From NCBI GenBank assembly GCA_051362555.1, contig CM120641.1, positions 6,200,001 to 6,264,000 on the forward strand: DNA of 64,000 nucleotides, in the 5' to 3' direction. Shown here in pieces: positions 25,601 through 40,800 of the stretch. A program made the translations under genes and the position numbers. The notes under the pieces are model-generated. The model worked only from the letters and a program-made list of their open reading frames with translations. It did no database searches and had not been told where the DNA came from. The stretch comes from Lingula anatina (taxonomy: Eukaryota > Animalia > Brachiopoda). Within the stretch, counting starts at the first letter, position 1, and each line of letters starts with the position of its first letter.

Positions 25601-28600
25601 TAAGTCAACAGTATACAGTCAATGTGGTAATAATTGCTTTCCATCTTATACATATAACAAATTAAATCAGATATTAAATCATAAACAGATTCTCATTAAG
25701 GAATTATTTTAAGTAAAAATTCACCTTCTTATGGTCACTGACAAAGTCCACTAAGCTCTTGACCACACCTTTTCTGGTAGGCTGAGGAGACTGAAAGATG
25801 AATTTCATGTCTTATTAAATCTCCCTGATTAAGTTTCAACAAAAACAGACACTGAACTGTAATAACTGATTTCTTCTCTTTTTATTGGGTAGCACCAAAA
25901 CACTCAAGCATGGACAAATATGTACACTTGAACACTTACTGATCGCGGACTTTCACTTTTGTCTACTTGTTGCCTTTTCTGTGCTTTCTTGCCCTTAAGT
26001 AAACTGAATTCTGAAAAACAATTAAAAAATCATTATCAGTGGATGAAATTTGATCTAGAAACCAGAATATTATGTCTGGTTATCAGCATTTCAACATTTA
26101 ATGCAATGTAAAAATAACCTTGTAATTCAAAGTAACCTGAAATTAAACATTTTTGCTTTAAAGAATCAAGTTTATATTTTTGTATCATATATTTCGACAT
26201 ATTAGAAAAAAAACTTTTAAATCTGCCTCCTATCACTAAATATACATCATGACAGCTGCAAACAGTGAACTGCTTGCATACTACAACTTATGGCTGAGTA
26301 CCTGCATGGTATAAATTTAAGTGGTTCTGCAAGGGATTCTGAACATTAAACAAAGGTGGCTCTCAAGTCTCAAGTGAAGTTCTTTAGTGTAGAACAAAAA
26401 GATTTACTGCCAGGGAGCATGTCTTTAAGCTGTTTACAAACACTCTTGTGGATAACTCTAGATTTTCAATTTAGCCCAATGGCTTCAGTTTTCAGACAAA
26501 TACACACTATTGTCAAATAATAATTTTAAAAAAATTGTAAAAAAATTTTTTTCTCCCAACATAATTTAACATTGTTGTTTGAATCTTGAGACCCTTTTAC
26601 ATCACGTTGATTAATGTGTTTGTCTTCTCTCAGATTACTTACCAGTTAATCCTGTGCCTGACTTCCTCCTTCTCTTCTCCAGATATTCAGGAGCATGGTG
26701 CTGCCTCTTAGGAGGGTCAATATTCTTCATTATGGACTCATCTGCATTAACAGGAAATGACTATTACTTATATAATCAAAAACAAATACTGCAAGAAGAA
26801 GGCTACAGTTTCTGATAATTAATACAAGGCTTTGTTTTCTGTATTGGTATTGTTAAAATTCTAAATAACTTGGACTTAAATTTTTAGAGTGGTGAATGTC
26901 ATGTTGTTTATGTCAGCAAATGGCTTGGTGAAACATACAAGAAGCATATTTACAATACTAATTGATGTGTTTTCAAAAATAATTAAAATTGTCTAATAAT
27001 TATCACTTATTTAAATACCACAAGGTTAATTGGTTATTAAACATACCTTCTTCCTTACTCCTGCCTAACTGCATAACCAATTCTTTAGCCTTGTCTGGGA
27101 TCAGAGCAGTGTAGTTCTCCAAGATGAGACGTTTGATTTCTTGGCACCATTTTCTCTTTTTCTCTAACGTCTTGGCCTGAAAGAAAATACATAGTTTCAA
27201 TTGTTGTCATTGTTAACAGTAATACAATACAGTTTATCATGTATCAACAAAAACAAAATAAGAAATGGAAAAAGAAAAGAATTGATTGTTAAAACCTCAA
27301 ACTTCTCATATTCTGGTTGATATCGATTTTATTTCTGCTATAAATAAATCCTTGCTGAGCAGTGTCACTGAACAATAACTATATTTAAATACAAAATCAC
27401 AATTAAGCTCTATGCTTGTAGGGCCCTGATTGACACAAATGTTAACAAAATATATCTTTTCTGCTTACCTGCAGTGTGTATTGGATCTTTGGGTTATCAA
27501 ATGGAATGGCATGAAAACTCAAAGGTTCCTTTGGGATACTCTCAATCACCATTAGATTGGAACACTAATATAAAATAAAGTGGAAGGATTATCATGATAT
27601 TGAAAGTAAAAATAATTAATTAAATAAAGCATATAATGAAATTAAAAGTAAAATGCTTGTCAATAATACATTTAATAAACATTTGCCTTTCTTTTGTTTC
27701 AGAAATGAGTATGGATAAACATCTATTATCATAATCATAACAAAAGCTACCATTATAACAGCCTTGCACATGAATGTGCCATCTTCTCTCCTTTTGGCTA
27801 AAATTAAACCTTTCTCAAACAAGAAAGCTTGTCTGTGGCCCTTGGCTCCATACAATCGAAATGGGGACTGAAACAGAAAATGTATACACTAAATTTTTGA
27901 AAGAAAAAATAAATGAACTGAATTTGCTTGACCAAGTTTTAAAATATAAGCTTGAATTTACATTTGATACTTTGCTTGAAACCCAAGGTAACTTTTTGAG
28001 TTACTTGGGACATCTTCCACTGTGACCACATCAACAATATTTGTAACAGCTTTATATGAAATCAGACCAAAATTAAATTTACACTGATAAATAGCATCAA
28101 AGTCTTGCAGTAGTACCTCTAACAACAGTTCCCCAAATGTTGTCAAGTCGTCCCCCTCCCAGCCGTAGAGGATGCTCTGGATTTCCTGCACGCGCACAGC
28201 GTGTTCATGCTTCCGTTTCATCTCGTTAATGTGTTTGGCCATGTTGGTCATTCCAGACAGGGCGTCCTGGATCACCTCATAGCCTGGCTGACTGGCGTCA
28301 AAATGCTTCAGGATGTTCTGTAAATTGGAATACATATCAACAAGGATAATGATGCTTCAATATGGCTGATATCACTGTGACCTATGCACGCTTAGCTTAT
28401 AATAATATCACATACTACATACATAGATGAGCTAAAACAAATGTGATTTTTTTAACCACTTGGGTAATCCAGATATTTTGTTGAGCTAATCCAGTAAAAT
28501 AACATCTAAAATTGCATAAGGTTTCATGGTCCTAAAAACAACTGAACTACTAAAACAGTAAGTACATTCATTCTGAAATAGGTAAAATATCTTAAGAACT

Positions 28601-31600
28601 CTAGTTGGGCAGAAAAAAGGGGCAAAACATGAATGCTGCTAGTCAAAACTGAGGTATCTGTTATCTCAAGTTTTTCCTCCAATTGTTTGTGTAGTAAACC
28701 TACCAAGAGCATTGAGTGACTTTCCAATGGATACAGAAGGTTCATAAACCAAGCCTACCCCTGAGAACAAATTAACAACTGACTGTGCTCTCCATTGTCT
28801 CCTGAACCCTAACTGACCCTGTCACAGTTGGGTAAAATCAGCAAGCAAGAAAAACCCAGGTTGCTTTGTTCCTAAGTTTTGTGCAGCTACACTTCAATAC
28901 TTTTTGTCTAGCTTGACAAATTGAAATGATAGTGTAATGTCTCTTTGCGGAAAGAGAAAGCCACTGAGATGACATCGCACAGTTTCAACTACATGTTAAA
29001 CCTACCACAGACACCATAAATGTAGGACACAGAGCTTCTTAATTCTACTTCCCTATATCTTCAATTACAAAGAATCACTATGTGTTAACATAGTAATAGG
29101 AAAAGACAGCAGGGGCAAATAACAAGAGATATAAGATACCAGTGAACCCCCCATGATATCAATATTCTTAATTTGGTCTAAAAGCCCCTTGCTACAGGCA
29201 ATTAACCCAATTCAGCAAAAAGAGTAAATATCATTTGTTTGGTTAACTCAGGATGTACATTCAGCATTTTTACAATATTTTGGGATGGTATCTTCAAGAT
29301 TATTTATAGATTCTGGGAGTGCGAATATATAAAACGCTCATAACACATTTCTTAAGCAGTGGATATTAATCTTGCACAGTCTGGGTTGAAGTCTGGTCAG
29401 TTTCAATGCCTCTGGAAACATTGGGAGGAATATAACACTTCCATGTTTGCTATCCTGGTAGTCTCTGTAACATAAGTTATAGTCCACAGTAACCATTTCA
29501 TCACAAAATATAACTAAAAATTAGGAAATCATACAAACCTGCAGTAACAGATGGTACTTCAGAATCCTCTGCACTGGTTTCAGCAAGTAAGACCCCAAAG
29601 GAAGGGCGTGCTGTAAGGCACCCTGACGCTGTTTCAGCATGTTGGCCATCTCAGGGTCGACATTGAATTTGGTCAGAACAGTGATAGCTCTGAAAAAATA
29701 TGAATAAATATATGAATAATGTTCTTTTCTGAAATATAAAATGTACAGAACAGAATCAATCATTTAATTTATTTAAACAGGTGCCAAATATGAGAATTAA
29801 TTGAGTTTTAAGCAATATTACACCTATTTTAATCTGTGCTTAAAGCAATATTTATTGAAACATGTAAAAAAACTTCTTCTCCTACTGTTTAATGAATGAG
29901 TCTACTATAAGTTGAATGAGTAGAAACGAGCTCTAATAACAACTGCTTGTTTAGTCTAGATATGAACACAATAACCCTGATGCAAGCCCATTGGACCCAT
30001 ACCTTGGATAGTTTGTACAGTATTGTGAATAGATTTCAAAGCCTTGATTATTATTGACAAAACATTGAGCAATGTGAACTGGGTCCCTCTCACTTTTCTT
30101 CAGCTGTTCTAGGAGTTGGCTGAAAGATAAAAATTTGTAATTTCATTTCATGTGTTCAAGTGTAGATTACTGTTTTAATGCCAAAAACCCCTAGGAAAAT
30201 ATGCTGCAAAATGAATGTTTTCATGTTGTTGTTCTGTTGTAATGTAATTAGGTTAACTATGCTCTCTACCATGGGATAAATGAAACTGGACAAAATGAAA
30301 ATGGAGAAAAATATAGGTCAGTCAGATTTTTACTGCAGGGTGACTTTTATGCTAATGGCCAGTTCTGAAGCCAAATGCAGGTTAACTATGGAGACGTTAA
30401 AGACCAAATGGTCAAGCTGCTATTTCAACCAAAAAGCAACCTTTACTGACCACTTCTGTTAAATGATAATGTTTGCCCCTCAGTACTTAAAGTTACATTA
30501 ACCATATCGGTCAATGAAAGAAACTAATAAAAACATTAGCTTAATGCCAGTACACACTAGTGGCAACATTTAACTTCATAAAGGTAAGTCTTCTGTTAAC
30601 TTCACTAAGAACCTATGGAATGTGTTTACAAGCTGGCCAGAGAGAGGCCTCTACAACGGCTGTCTGCAGCCAAGCCAATAGGTGCAAATGCCTAATGCAG
30701 ACACAAATAAATCAAATATACTTTTGGTTATCATCAAACAGTGTCCTGGCATGACTTACAAAGGAAACACTCAAAAGAATTCAGGTTGATGAATTCTATA
30801 TCCTTTGATGTTTCCCCCTAAATAAATTTTGGATGAGAATGGGTATACTTTTGATGGGTTGTGTTTTTATGGCTTAAAAAATACTGATACAAATTATTCA
30901 AATCATTTCAAAACAGAATACAAATGATTTGAATGGAGGCATATCAAAGGATATGTTGGATCTAAGGTCAGAACCGACCTTGCATACTAATTTATATTCA
31001 CTGTGTCACATTTTAAAAACTCTGTCTGAGCTGTTAAGATATCATAATTATAATAGTTTCATCCTCATGTGAAGAAGTCACATCAGTGTACTTACCTGTT
31101 GAAGAGGTAAATTTCTTCAATATTTCCAAACATAGCAGCTAAATCTTCTTCTTTTAGTTCTATATCTGCTGATTCTTTAAAGTAGCCAAGATATCCCTAA
31201 AATAAGACAAATGATGCCTTTAATGTGAATGACTTTACAACTAGTGAATTGCAATTGATATTTAATCAAACAAATGCATTCTTTAAATGGTGCAAAATGC
31301 TGAATTATATATTCACATAAATCTTTAAAAAAAGACCTTTATTGTTCACTACTACAGCATTCAAGGTCCCATATTCACTTGTTTCTTGACACAGTTGCAT
31401 TAGCCAAGATTTATTTTCTGAAACTATTGTCTGACAAAACATATCACCACTACTGCCACAGCTGAAGTTACAGCTATGCTCTCCAACTGGTATATTAGAC
31501 AAAATAAATAAACCTTTTAAACCAGAACTGGAAAAGAGATAAGAGGTAAGAAATCAGGGCTGATACACCTTTCAAATTTGAAACTGTTTTTTTTATGTTA

Positions 31601-34600
31601 TTTTTATATGGGCACGGTCATTTACCATGACAATAAAATTGTAGCCATTGCCAGACAGGTGTCTTGCTTACAATGACCAATGAGTCCATGCCACATGTTT
31701 GGTCTGCACGTGTAGCAATTTTTAGTCAACAACAACATGCCAATTTCTATAAAATCACATTGTAATTGTTGCTGTTGACTGATAAATGATTGTTTGTCAC
31801 ACAATATTTTTGAAGAAAGAAAAAACAGATAACCAACACACATGAAAATGCAAACTGAACAGCTATAGAATAACATCAGGGATGCCAAAACGTGACAAAT
31901 ATCACGTGGATTTTTAATATTCCTTTTATGCTAAAAATACACACCATCAATGATTTATACTTGTCATTATATGCACTGTTGACCATTAAGACCAAAGGGG
32001 CACAAAAAGTCTTCAGTTTGCAGACAATAAATATCACTGTTTTAGCAGGAATGCAAATCGTGTCTACACATCCCATTAAAAACTACAGGTCAATAAAAAG
32101 GTCCATTTTAATTTTATAGTTAAAACTAACAGGAAGAGAGGGTAGGTACCTATAAAAACCCATTCTTCCAGATAAAAAAGCCTTTTAAGATGAGAATACA
32201 TTCATGATAAATGACAGTTCACACTTTGCTTAGCTCCTTTGCCACTGGCGGCATGCCATACGTGTCATCTCTTCATCCATGGAGCCATCTTTAAAAATTG
32301 GCCCAGAAAGCAATTTGCAGAAATGCCAACATCTGATCTCAAAAGGGGCCATGTTTTGATTTGTGATCAAAGTCGAGCCTAAGAGTTAGATGAGCAAATA
32401 CATAATGCAAGCAAAGACTGGCTGGTGGAGTACTGTACTACAAGAAGAGTATTTCACTCGGGACCAAATTGCTTCTTTTCGTCTTGGATGAATGTATAAT
32501 TCTTTATATGCTGCCAATGCTAAAAGTTGATTCTTCAAAATTAAGTTGTTACACTTTCGAAAGGGCCAAATCCAAATGTTATTGCAAAGGTACAGAAAAG
32601 CCATTGTAAACTCCAACCCCATAAAACTCTATGTGGCACATAAGACATGTGAATGAATGGGAAAGGGATGTCAATAGTTACTCTCCACTTTCCTGAGATT
32701 GACTAAATATAAAGCTAGGCGTTGTTCAATATTGACCAAGGTGGCACTGCCCTTCCTAAGTTACAGCCAGACCACTTGCCCAAATACAACTTAGACCATA
32801 AACAAATTGTGGTTATTCACCACAAATTTCAAAGAACCTCGCTAATTCCAATTCTTTTTAATTGATAAGTTTTAGTTATTAATGACCCAGTGTTTTTGGC
32901 ATGAAATCAAACCATCTTTTCAGGTCTCTTTAATAATCCTTTTCAGGCAATACTGGTAAAACACTGGTTTTGTGTTATGCTTTCATTGTTTATATTTGAT
33001 CATAATTAGTGAAGGGCAGAAAAAATCATTTTAAAAATGTTCATCACAATAATCTCATTTGGGTCAAAAAGATCGGATCACGTTCCATCAATCTGGTCTC
33101 CTCTCTATTTCATACCTTGTTTTTTTAATGCAAGAATGTTAAATACACCAAACATGGTAAAGATACATAGTTTTGTTTTAGTGTTATGACTAGTCTGATA
33201 GTGCATGACAAGGATTTCCTCTCTTTAAGATATTTGAAGAGCTGGTGAGTTATCGGAAACAATGCCTGGTTTATGTTGTGGTTTTCCTCATGCTCCGTTC
33301 AGTATGGACTTTGGCCTGGTTTATTTCCCTTAATCCAACTTCTTCCATATGTTATCAAAATATATATATTAAAAAAAACATTTTCCTTCAAAAATCTACA
33401 TGCTAACTTTGTTCAGTATGTTACAAGTGGCTATAAACTTGAGTCGAAAAATATTCAAAGAGCTCATGACTAATTTTGCAGCTTTTCAAAATAAGTCCGC
33501 TGATACGGAAAAGTATTCATCAGGGTATGAAATAATTCAGTAGAACAAAGAGGTCATGTAGTTTAACCTTTCATTCCACTTAGCCAAATCACCAGAGTGT
33601 TAAAATTGTTTCCCATAGTACAGATTTTATTGGCAGCACGTACATACAAGGTTCACAATATTTCCCAACTATTCCAAACTGTCAACTCCCACATTTCATG
33701 CTCATAAAAACAGTAATGAATTCTTGACTGTGCCTGAAGTTATACCTGTGAATCAACAGGTAACCTTTCCTCCCTAGTCTTTCATATCCGAATTAAAACT
33801 TCTACAAAAATATATGGAAAAATTTAGGACAATATTTCTTCTAAAACAAATGGAATATTTTTTACACAATGGTTGTCCGAGTATCACAGGTACAAAGTTG
33901 CACCTAGATCACATTAATCACTAATCATTATTCTAAAAACTAAAATCCTGTTTGGAAAAAAAAAACAAAAACAATATCATCACACCTTTTTCAATTTCGA
34001 ACTTTGCACATAAGCTTCATAACTCATTATTTCAGTAATCTCCACAGATTAATAGACTGCATATCATCCTTAAGGCCACTGTGAATATTGCCAGCATCTA
34101 TTCACTGGCATAAAAAATGATCATAAGGCTAACCATGGTTGAATCATTGACTCCAGGAGTATTTCCAGTATCTGTGAACTGTTAGTAAACCTACCTGTAT
34201 AATAGACTGGAGGTCATCCACATAGGTATTCTCAGTCTCCAGAACCTCGTCCACCACCCTGTCTATGTAGGAGAGTTTAGAAGGAGAACAGGGGGGTGGG
34301 GTTTGAGAGAGGGACGTTCTGCTTGTATCTTTCCCATTTGTATTTAGTGTACTTGAACTTTCGTTCAACTCGTTAGCCTCTTCACAATACTCTGACAACA
34401 ACTCTTCATCTGTGAGAGTATCCATTTGAGAATCATTGATCACAGAGTGGCGAAGATGCTGATCATGACTTCCGTGCATCTGCGATGTGTTGAGGCGTTT
34501 ACGCCGTGTGCGTGGCAGTGAGGAGGTTGACGTAGACGAGGTTGAACTGAGACTCAGTGGACGTTTCTTGTTGTCGCCTGTAGTAGCTGTGTCCTGAAGG

Positions 34601-34886
34601 GTTGAGTCATTATTACACGTCTCTACATCTTTCATCATTTTTCTCTCTCGATCCCGAGTCTGTTGTGGTTTTGAGTGAGTTTCCTGACCATTACTACTAG
34701 CACAGCCATACGCTTCATTATTCTTCTCCCTTGTTTCACTACTGTTCATAGATTTCACATCACACATGCCAGCTTTGTGGTTTGTTCCCTCAGAAGAGGA
34801 TGCATCATTTTCATGTTGGAGTTCTTGTGGTGTAGAAAACTCATCAAATACAGACATCAAATGAGGTGTCAAATCCACTGATGATC
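22679..34886 (-). CDS. PLEKHG1: DH-PH RhoGEF of the PLEKHG1/2/3 family, constant exons
   Basis: Exons 34886..34195, 31196..31096, 30119..30003, 29689..29539, 28317..28117, 27867..27751, 27564..27469, 27176..27047, 26741..26643, 26010..25940, 25790..25725, 25573..22679, all GT-AG and phase-consistent. DH motifs [59 protein letters not shown]; PH motifs [18 protein letters not shown]. Long disordered tail. The symbol denotes the family. Confidence 0.93.
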
Positions 34887-37800
34887 CTGAAAATTAAAAT
34901 AAAAATGTATTATCTTGATCAAATAAATTAATAATCAGCCATAAAAACAACTAGCCACTGCCAGACATAGCACAGGAAGTGTTTAGATCAACTTCTAATG
35001 CCATGTTTTGGCAGTCTGTCTACATAAACCAAACGTAATGTAATACAACCTTACATAATAAGTATAGGCATATCACAGGTGTTTCACACATCATAGACCA
35101 TGAATCTGAAATAATTCACAGAGCTATTCCTGTCTGGAGGATGGCCGTCTGTCACGGTGGGCTTGCCTGCCTTGCACTGAATTGACTCCAGTGGGCATAT
35201 TACAAGTCATCTTGGTTAAATGGATATCCAAACAGGAACCATTCAACTGAGAAGTAGCGGAGAACAATGACGGGCCACACCTGAGTGGCCTTGCTGTATA
35301 TTTGTGAAATTTTGCTTAAAGTTCACAGTATCTGTAATTGTTAAGTCAGGATTTCCGCATGCAAAAAGGGTCTTTCTTTGATGACTAACTTTTGAGATCT
35401 TTAAGATAGTGTAATTCCCCACACCACAGTTTTTCTAACAACTCCACCCATGGTAAAGTAATCTTATAACCTTAGTTATATAAAACCCCTTGTTGATTTA
35501 AGTCAATTTAGATGAAATGAGGCTTATAATGATGTCATTGTGGTTAAAAAACTACACAAAAACATTATATGCTACTCTAGGTTTATTGTTTTCTTAACTG
35601 CTCCCTACAATAATAGGCTTCCGTTCTACTTGTAACTTGCTGTTCTGATCAACAAGAAAAGTTGGACAAATAACCACAATTTCAGGTGTTAGGTTTTCAA
35701 TGGTCACATAAAGAACTACAGTGAATGGCTGCTTTCATGGACAGAACTGACCCAAGATTTCATATAGCCAGGGTTGGGGGGAAAAGTAGAAAATGTATCA
35801 AGTCTGGCTGACCACCGAGAATGAAAAGGTCAAAAGTCAAGGACAAAACAATACACTGAAGTGTTTATAAATGTTATGTAAAAATATGTCACGGCATACC
35901 AATCTATCTCAACTGGTCCAGAACTATGTAAAGCATGGCATAAGTCCACAAGCTTTATGGAAATGTTATTCTTACCAACACAGGTTGACAAACTTTTATA
36001 ATACACACCTGGTGACCCCAGTGCTTTAGAAAGCAAAAGGACTTCAAGCACATTTTTAATATGTTATATAAATTCAATTACAGTACAAGTCAAAATGCAC
36101 CGAGTCACAGAAGTTAGTTAAAATCTCAGCAAAAGAAAAGGATCCTCAATAACTTTTCCAAGCAATTAGTGTTTAGCACGTAATCCCCAAATTCAGTAAA
36201 TATCAATCTGTTAAATGCCGAGAGCAAGATTTAGAAATGTTTCCCAAATTAAAAGATCGTAAAGTCTCACAAGATGGATAATGCTTTCTGCCCACATCAA
36301 AGGAATTTCTTTCCAATAAATTCACAATCCCCCTCCCAGTTTGTATTGAATATCAATATTCAATACTAAAACTGACTGTTGGATTTGACTAATCTCAGCT
36401 TAGACAATGCCCACTGAAGGTATTTGCTCACCATGGAAAGTTATCCAAATTGTAAAGGGCTTATAATGACAATCTATTATATGTAATTGTCCCACTTGGA
36501 GGCCGCCGATACCAGGCACCGACAGAGTATCAAATCCCACAAAATTGAGTTTTTCTGGTTCCTTCATTTGGATACTCACAGCCCATGCCCATGAGGCAGC
36601 TGGGATAGCTAAAATCCAATAGCAGTACGGCTGCTTGATGCATATTTCTTAATATGACATTTTTCTCCTGTTTTTAAAACTATAAAAATGATCCCTCTCA
36701 TGACTTGTAATTCTTGAACATGTTATTTTCTGAGTATTTACAATTTCAATTTTGGCCGTTCCACAAGTACCCTAACACTGTCTTTAAATTTCTTTCAAAA
36801 TATGTGGTCAAATATACAATGCTCAAAGAAAACACATCATAAAATAAGTTGTCATACAATACCTTTAAAATGAACAATTGATGCCATGTGCTATAATCTA
36901 GAGAAAGTCCATAAAATAAACAGATGACACTCATTAGATAAATAACTCAGCAAATTTACCTGCATGCCAACAGTTACAAGAGCCAGACATCCTTTATGGC
37001 AACCAATGAATACTGTCTGCACTTTACAAGTTTTTCAAAAAGAAACACGCATGGGCACACGGCTGACGCATCAAATGAAATAAAATGCATTCAGACTAAT
37101 CCTTCCACTGCAGCTAACTATAACCATGTATTTGAAGAGATTTATCTCCTTAATCAGGTTTAACAATCAGAAGCACAGCAATGAGACATGCACAGTGTAA
37201 TACTAATGTGAAACCATGCGTCCAGGAGAAAGTCTTCCCTCAGACCAACACCGGTCAGATACCTATCTGTTCCATAAAGCACAGCAGACAATGTGCTGTC
37301 AGTTCTATTAACACTAACCTTGTTATGTTCTGTGGTACATGTCATCAGCTAGTCTGATACCATCTCACTAAAAGCTGCCTGGCTTGGCGTAGGTGTGAAA
37401 TCCTAACTTTATTTGTAACCTGGGTAAAATCCTTTTGTAGTTCTTTTGTAGATTTTCCATCCAAAGTCACTCAAAAGTACTAGTACTGTCTTCAAATTTC
37501 TCCCTGTCCTGTTTCTAGACTATGCCCATACTCAGCCAAACCACTACACAGTCAGACATTTGTGCATACAACCTCACGAAAATGAATGGAGCTCCTTTCT
37601 CTCCAATCACAAGTGTGTGTTAGTCTCAGTGTTCTGTGAGCCAATACAATGCAAACATGACATATTCCTCGCCATGCACACACAGTCCCCGCTCGTGTCC
37701 CGTTACAATCAAAATAGGTTTCCAATACCCGAGTTTGGTCAGTCAATATTTAGGGATACTGGGCAAGAGTGGACAGCGGTTCTGGACAGGTGAAAAGTAT

Positions 37801-40800
37801 ACAATGACCAGTTTCACCTCTCAACATTTAACGAAATGAATATTTATCCTGTCTATTAGGACTAAAAGTAGTTTTCACTCTACTGCTCCTGCTAAAAATA
37901 AAAGAAAAACAATACCGTTTGACCTTTACTGGCCCTGCTACACCCTCAATAACAATACACTTTGACCACACTAAATGCATCATGATCCCCAGTCAATAAG
38001 ATCTGATTATTCAATATGTTACCCAATTAAACAGTAACTATAGCACATACTGGATAAAATGAGGCAAATTCAGTGTGATTTTACTCTCAGTTTGCAAATG
38101 CATATATTGCCTGTTATGAATATTGCTGCCACATCAATATGCTGTTTTGGACAACTGGTTTTATTGCTTCAAAGGCAGCATGCTCTTATCATTATCATTG
38201 TATCAATGGGATCTACTTCAAAGATTGGCAGCATAAATCATATCTCAATGGCAAACAGAAGTGCAATGATGTTTATAGCAATGCGAAATCTTATATCTTT
38301 TCACGTCAGCTATCTAGGGCTGTTTCACATCTCTAACCTTCGATACTCCAAATATCGTGATAATACCCACGTATTCTCTACTGAAATACCTACAGATGCT
38401 GTTTGCTTGCATTAAGCTTAATTACGGGGTCAAATATGTTAATACACTGTATCTCACCATTGTTTCATCCGATAAATAAAGCTGCCACACGCTGTTTTGC
38501 CAGCTCTTCTCCCACAGGACTCTATATATGCCTCTCTGAGCTCCGAGCATACAAAAAATTATTGATTGCAAGTACCCTCCTGGACAGGTACAAGGCTGTA
38601 ATCTAGGTCAAGCACCTCGGCTTTTCTCTCTTATCCTCTAAACCATCAACTCCCTGACCTGTTGTCGGCATGAAGGTGTGTAAAACACACTTAAAACCAA
38701 CACATTTTGCTCAGTTGATTATGCTTTACAGCTTACAGCAAATGCCTTTTCTTCTATAGGCTTCCGGGACTGAGCACAGAACCATGAGAATGAGTCATCT
38801 ACCAGTGCTCGGGCTTTGTGGAGGTTTTGATTAATCCCAGTGCCTTAGCTGATCTAAACATGCCTTACCCCTTTATTTACTATTTGCAGACCTGCTAACT
38901 TAAAGCTGCATTATATAAGAGTTATTGTACTGGCCCTAAATCTAACAATGCCATAAAATGTTCATTGATAAATGGCTCAACTGGAGTAAAAAATTCATGC
39001 TCTTGGGCTGAAAAAACTGCATCACTGCACAAATGTAATATCAGTGTTTTATATCTAATATTAAGCCTCAAATCAAGTAATTTTTTCAACTTCATTATCC
39101 AGCACAAGCAGATCTATCCGGATATCAACTCAGAGAGATAAAAGAATCAATAATAATTAGCACCACAAAGAAAAGCACATCAGGTTTCTCTGAGAAATAT
39201 CACTAGGAGACAAACACTGGTGACATTTTAACCTTTTTCTCTTCATTATTTGAACTAGCTGTGTTAATTACACCTGGGTTAGGGCACTGCGCTAAAACAA
39301 ACAAAGCATTATCCCTCTGGCTTTCTGATGGCGTCTGACGTCAGACTTAAACGTCAGACTTGATCCTGCCGACAGAGAGAAATGTAAGAAGAGGTGCAAA
39401 GGTGGATTAACTAATCCCTCTCATTTCCAGGTGAACACTGTCTTATCTTCCAGCTGACTGTCCACAGTTCCCTCATTTCACATGCTGTGGGTAACAGGAT
39501 TCCCTTTGTCTGCCATATATTGACACCCACCTTTGACATCTTTTCCTAAAAGCAGGAGCTAAGATTTTTTTCCTCGATTATTTTCCTGCTTTCAGAACCT
39601 CATTGGTTTACATGCCAGGACAGCTGTGTTAGCAGTATCACCACCCACACCCTAAGAGATGAGTTTTATTATCAGTCAGGTCATGCCACTTCCAACCAAT
39701 TTCATTTGACATTTAGATGATTTTTTTCCAGGCCTTGAGGATTAGACTGCACTTGTAAGGGGCTCCTTTAAGTTCTTTTCAGTTTTTTTCCCTCTCCCTG
39801 AGCTGTATTAATTGTACTAACAAGCCAATCAGTCAAGAGGATGGATGTAAACTGAGCAACCAGCAGGAAACTATTTCAAGCCTAATATACCTCTCAACAA
39901 CATAATTTTACTTTTTACGCCCAATTAAGGTCTTCAATGATGGATTTTTTCAATCATAAATAGGTTGTTAGCATGCCTATGCTCAATCACGCTACTGAAA
40001 TTTTCAAATATAGTTCATATATTGCTTTGCATCAGAAACTGAAAGTATCTTTTCCTAAACAAATCTTCACCAAGGTGGAGAAAAACATGCAATGATTACA
40101 ACATGTTACAAGTGGTATACAAAACAATATACTATGGTAAGGAACATTGTTCCACATAATGATCATTACTTCTATTTCAAGAATAAGAGAATTTGATTCT
40201 ATTTAGTTTTAAAATGAGTGTATTTTTATCAAATATTGCACATCTACCATGTTGAGAAACTGCTGTAGGGTGATCATTATGGCTAATTTTCTGGTAATTA
40301 CTACTTTTACGTTCTGCTAAATATTGCCTTGATCCATCTTTATACTTATGATATATTGGATGTTGGCATTCACGTTTGTAAATATTAATGCCATCCGTTT
40401 GATTGATTGCTTACAACAGTAGCATGGACACTAATAACAGATGGAAAGCACCTCCTGCTTTATTCCCCTTCTATGTACAATTTCAGATAATATAGTATAC
40501 ACAAAGCAAAAACCACTGTTACATGGAGCCTACTAAATAAAAAGACACAAAATCAGAACAGCTGATAAACATCTCCCCTCAAAAATGTCTGTAATATATA
40601 AATCACTCCAAATTGTTGAGCGTCATGCTGAGATGAGAGGAAATAAGGAAAGGGTGTGCTCTAATAGATATTGCACATTTTCAACTTTCAAATTCAGCTG
40701 GCTGGCATATCTGATGATCAATATACAAATGACACACTTGCATAACTCTCGTGCATCTGCTTCTTTAAATAGAAACGGCTTATTTTCAATATACAAATAA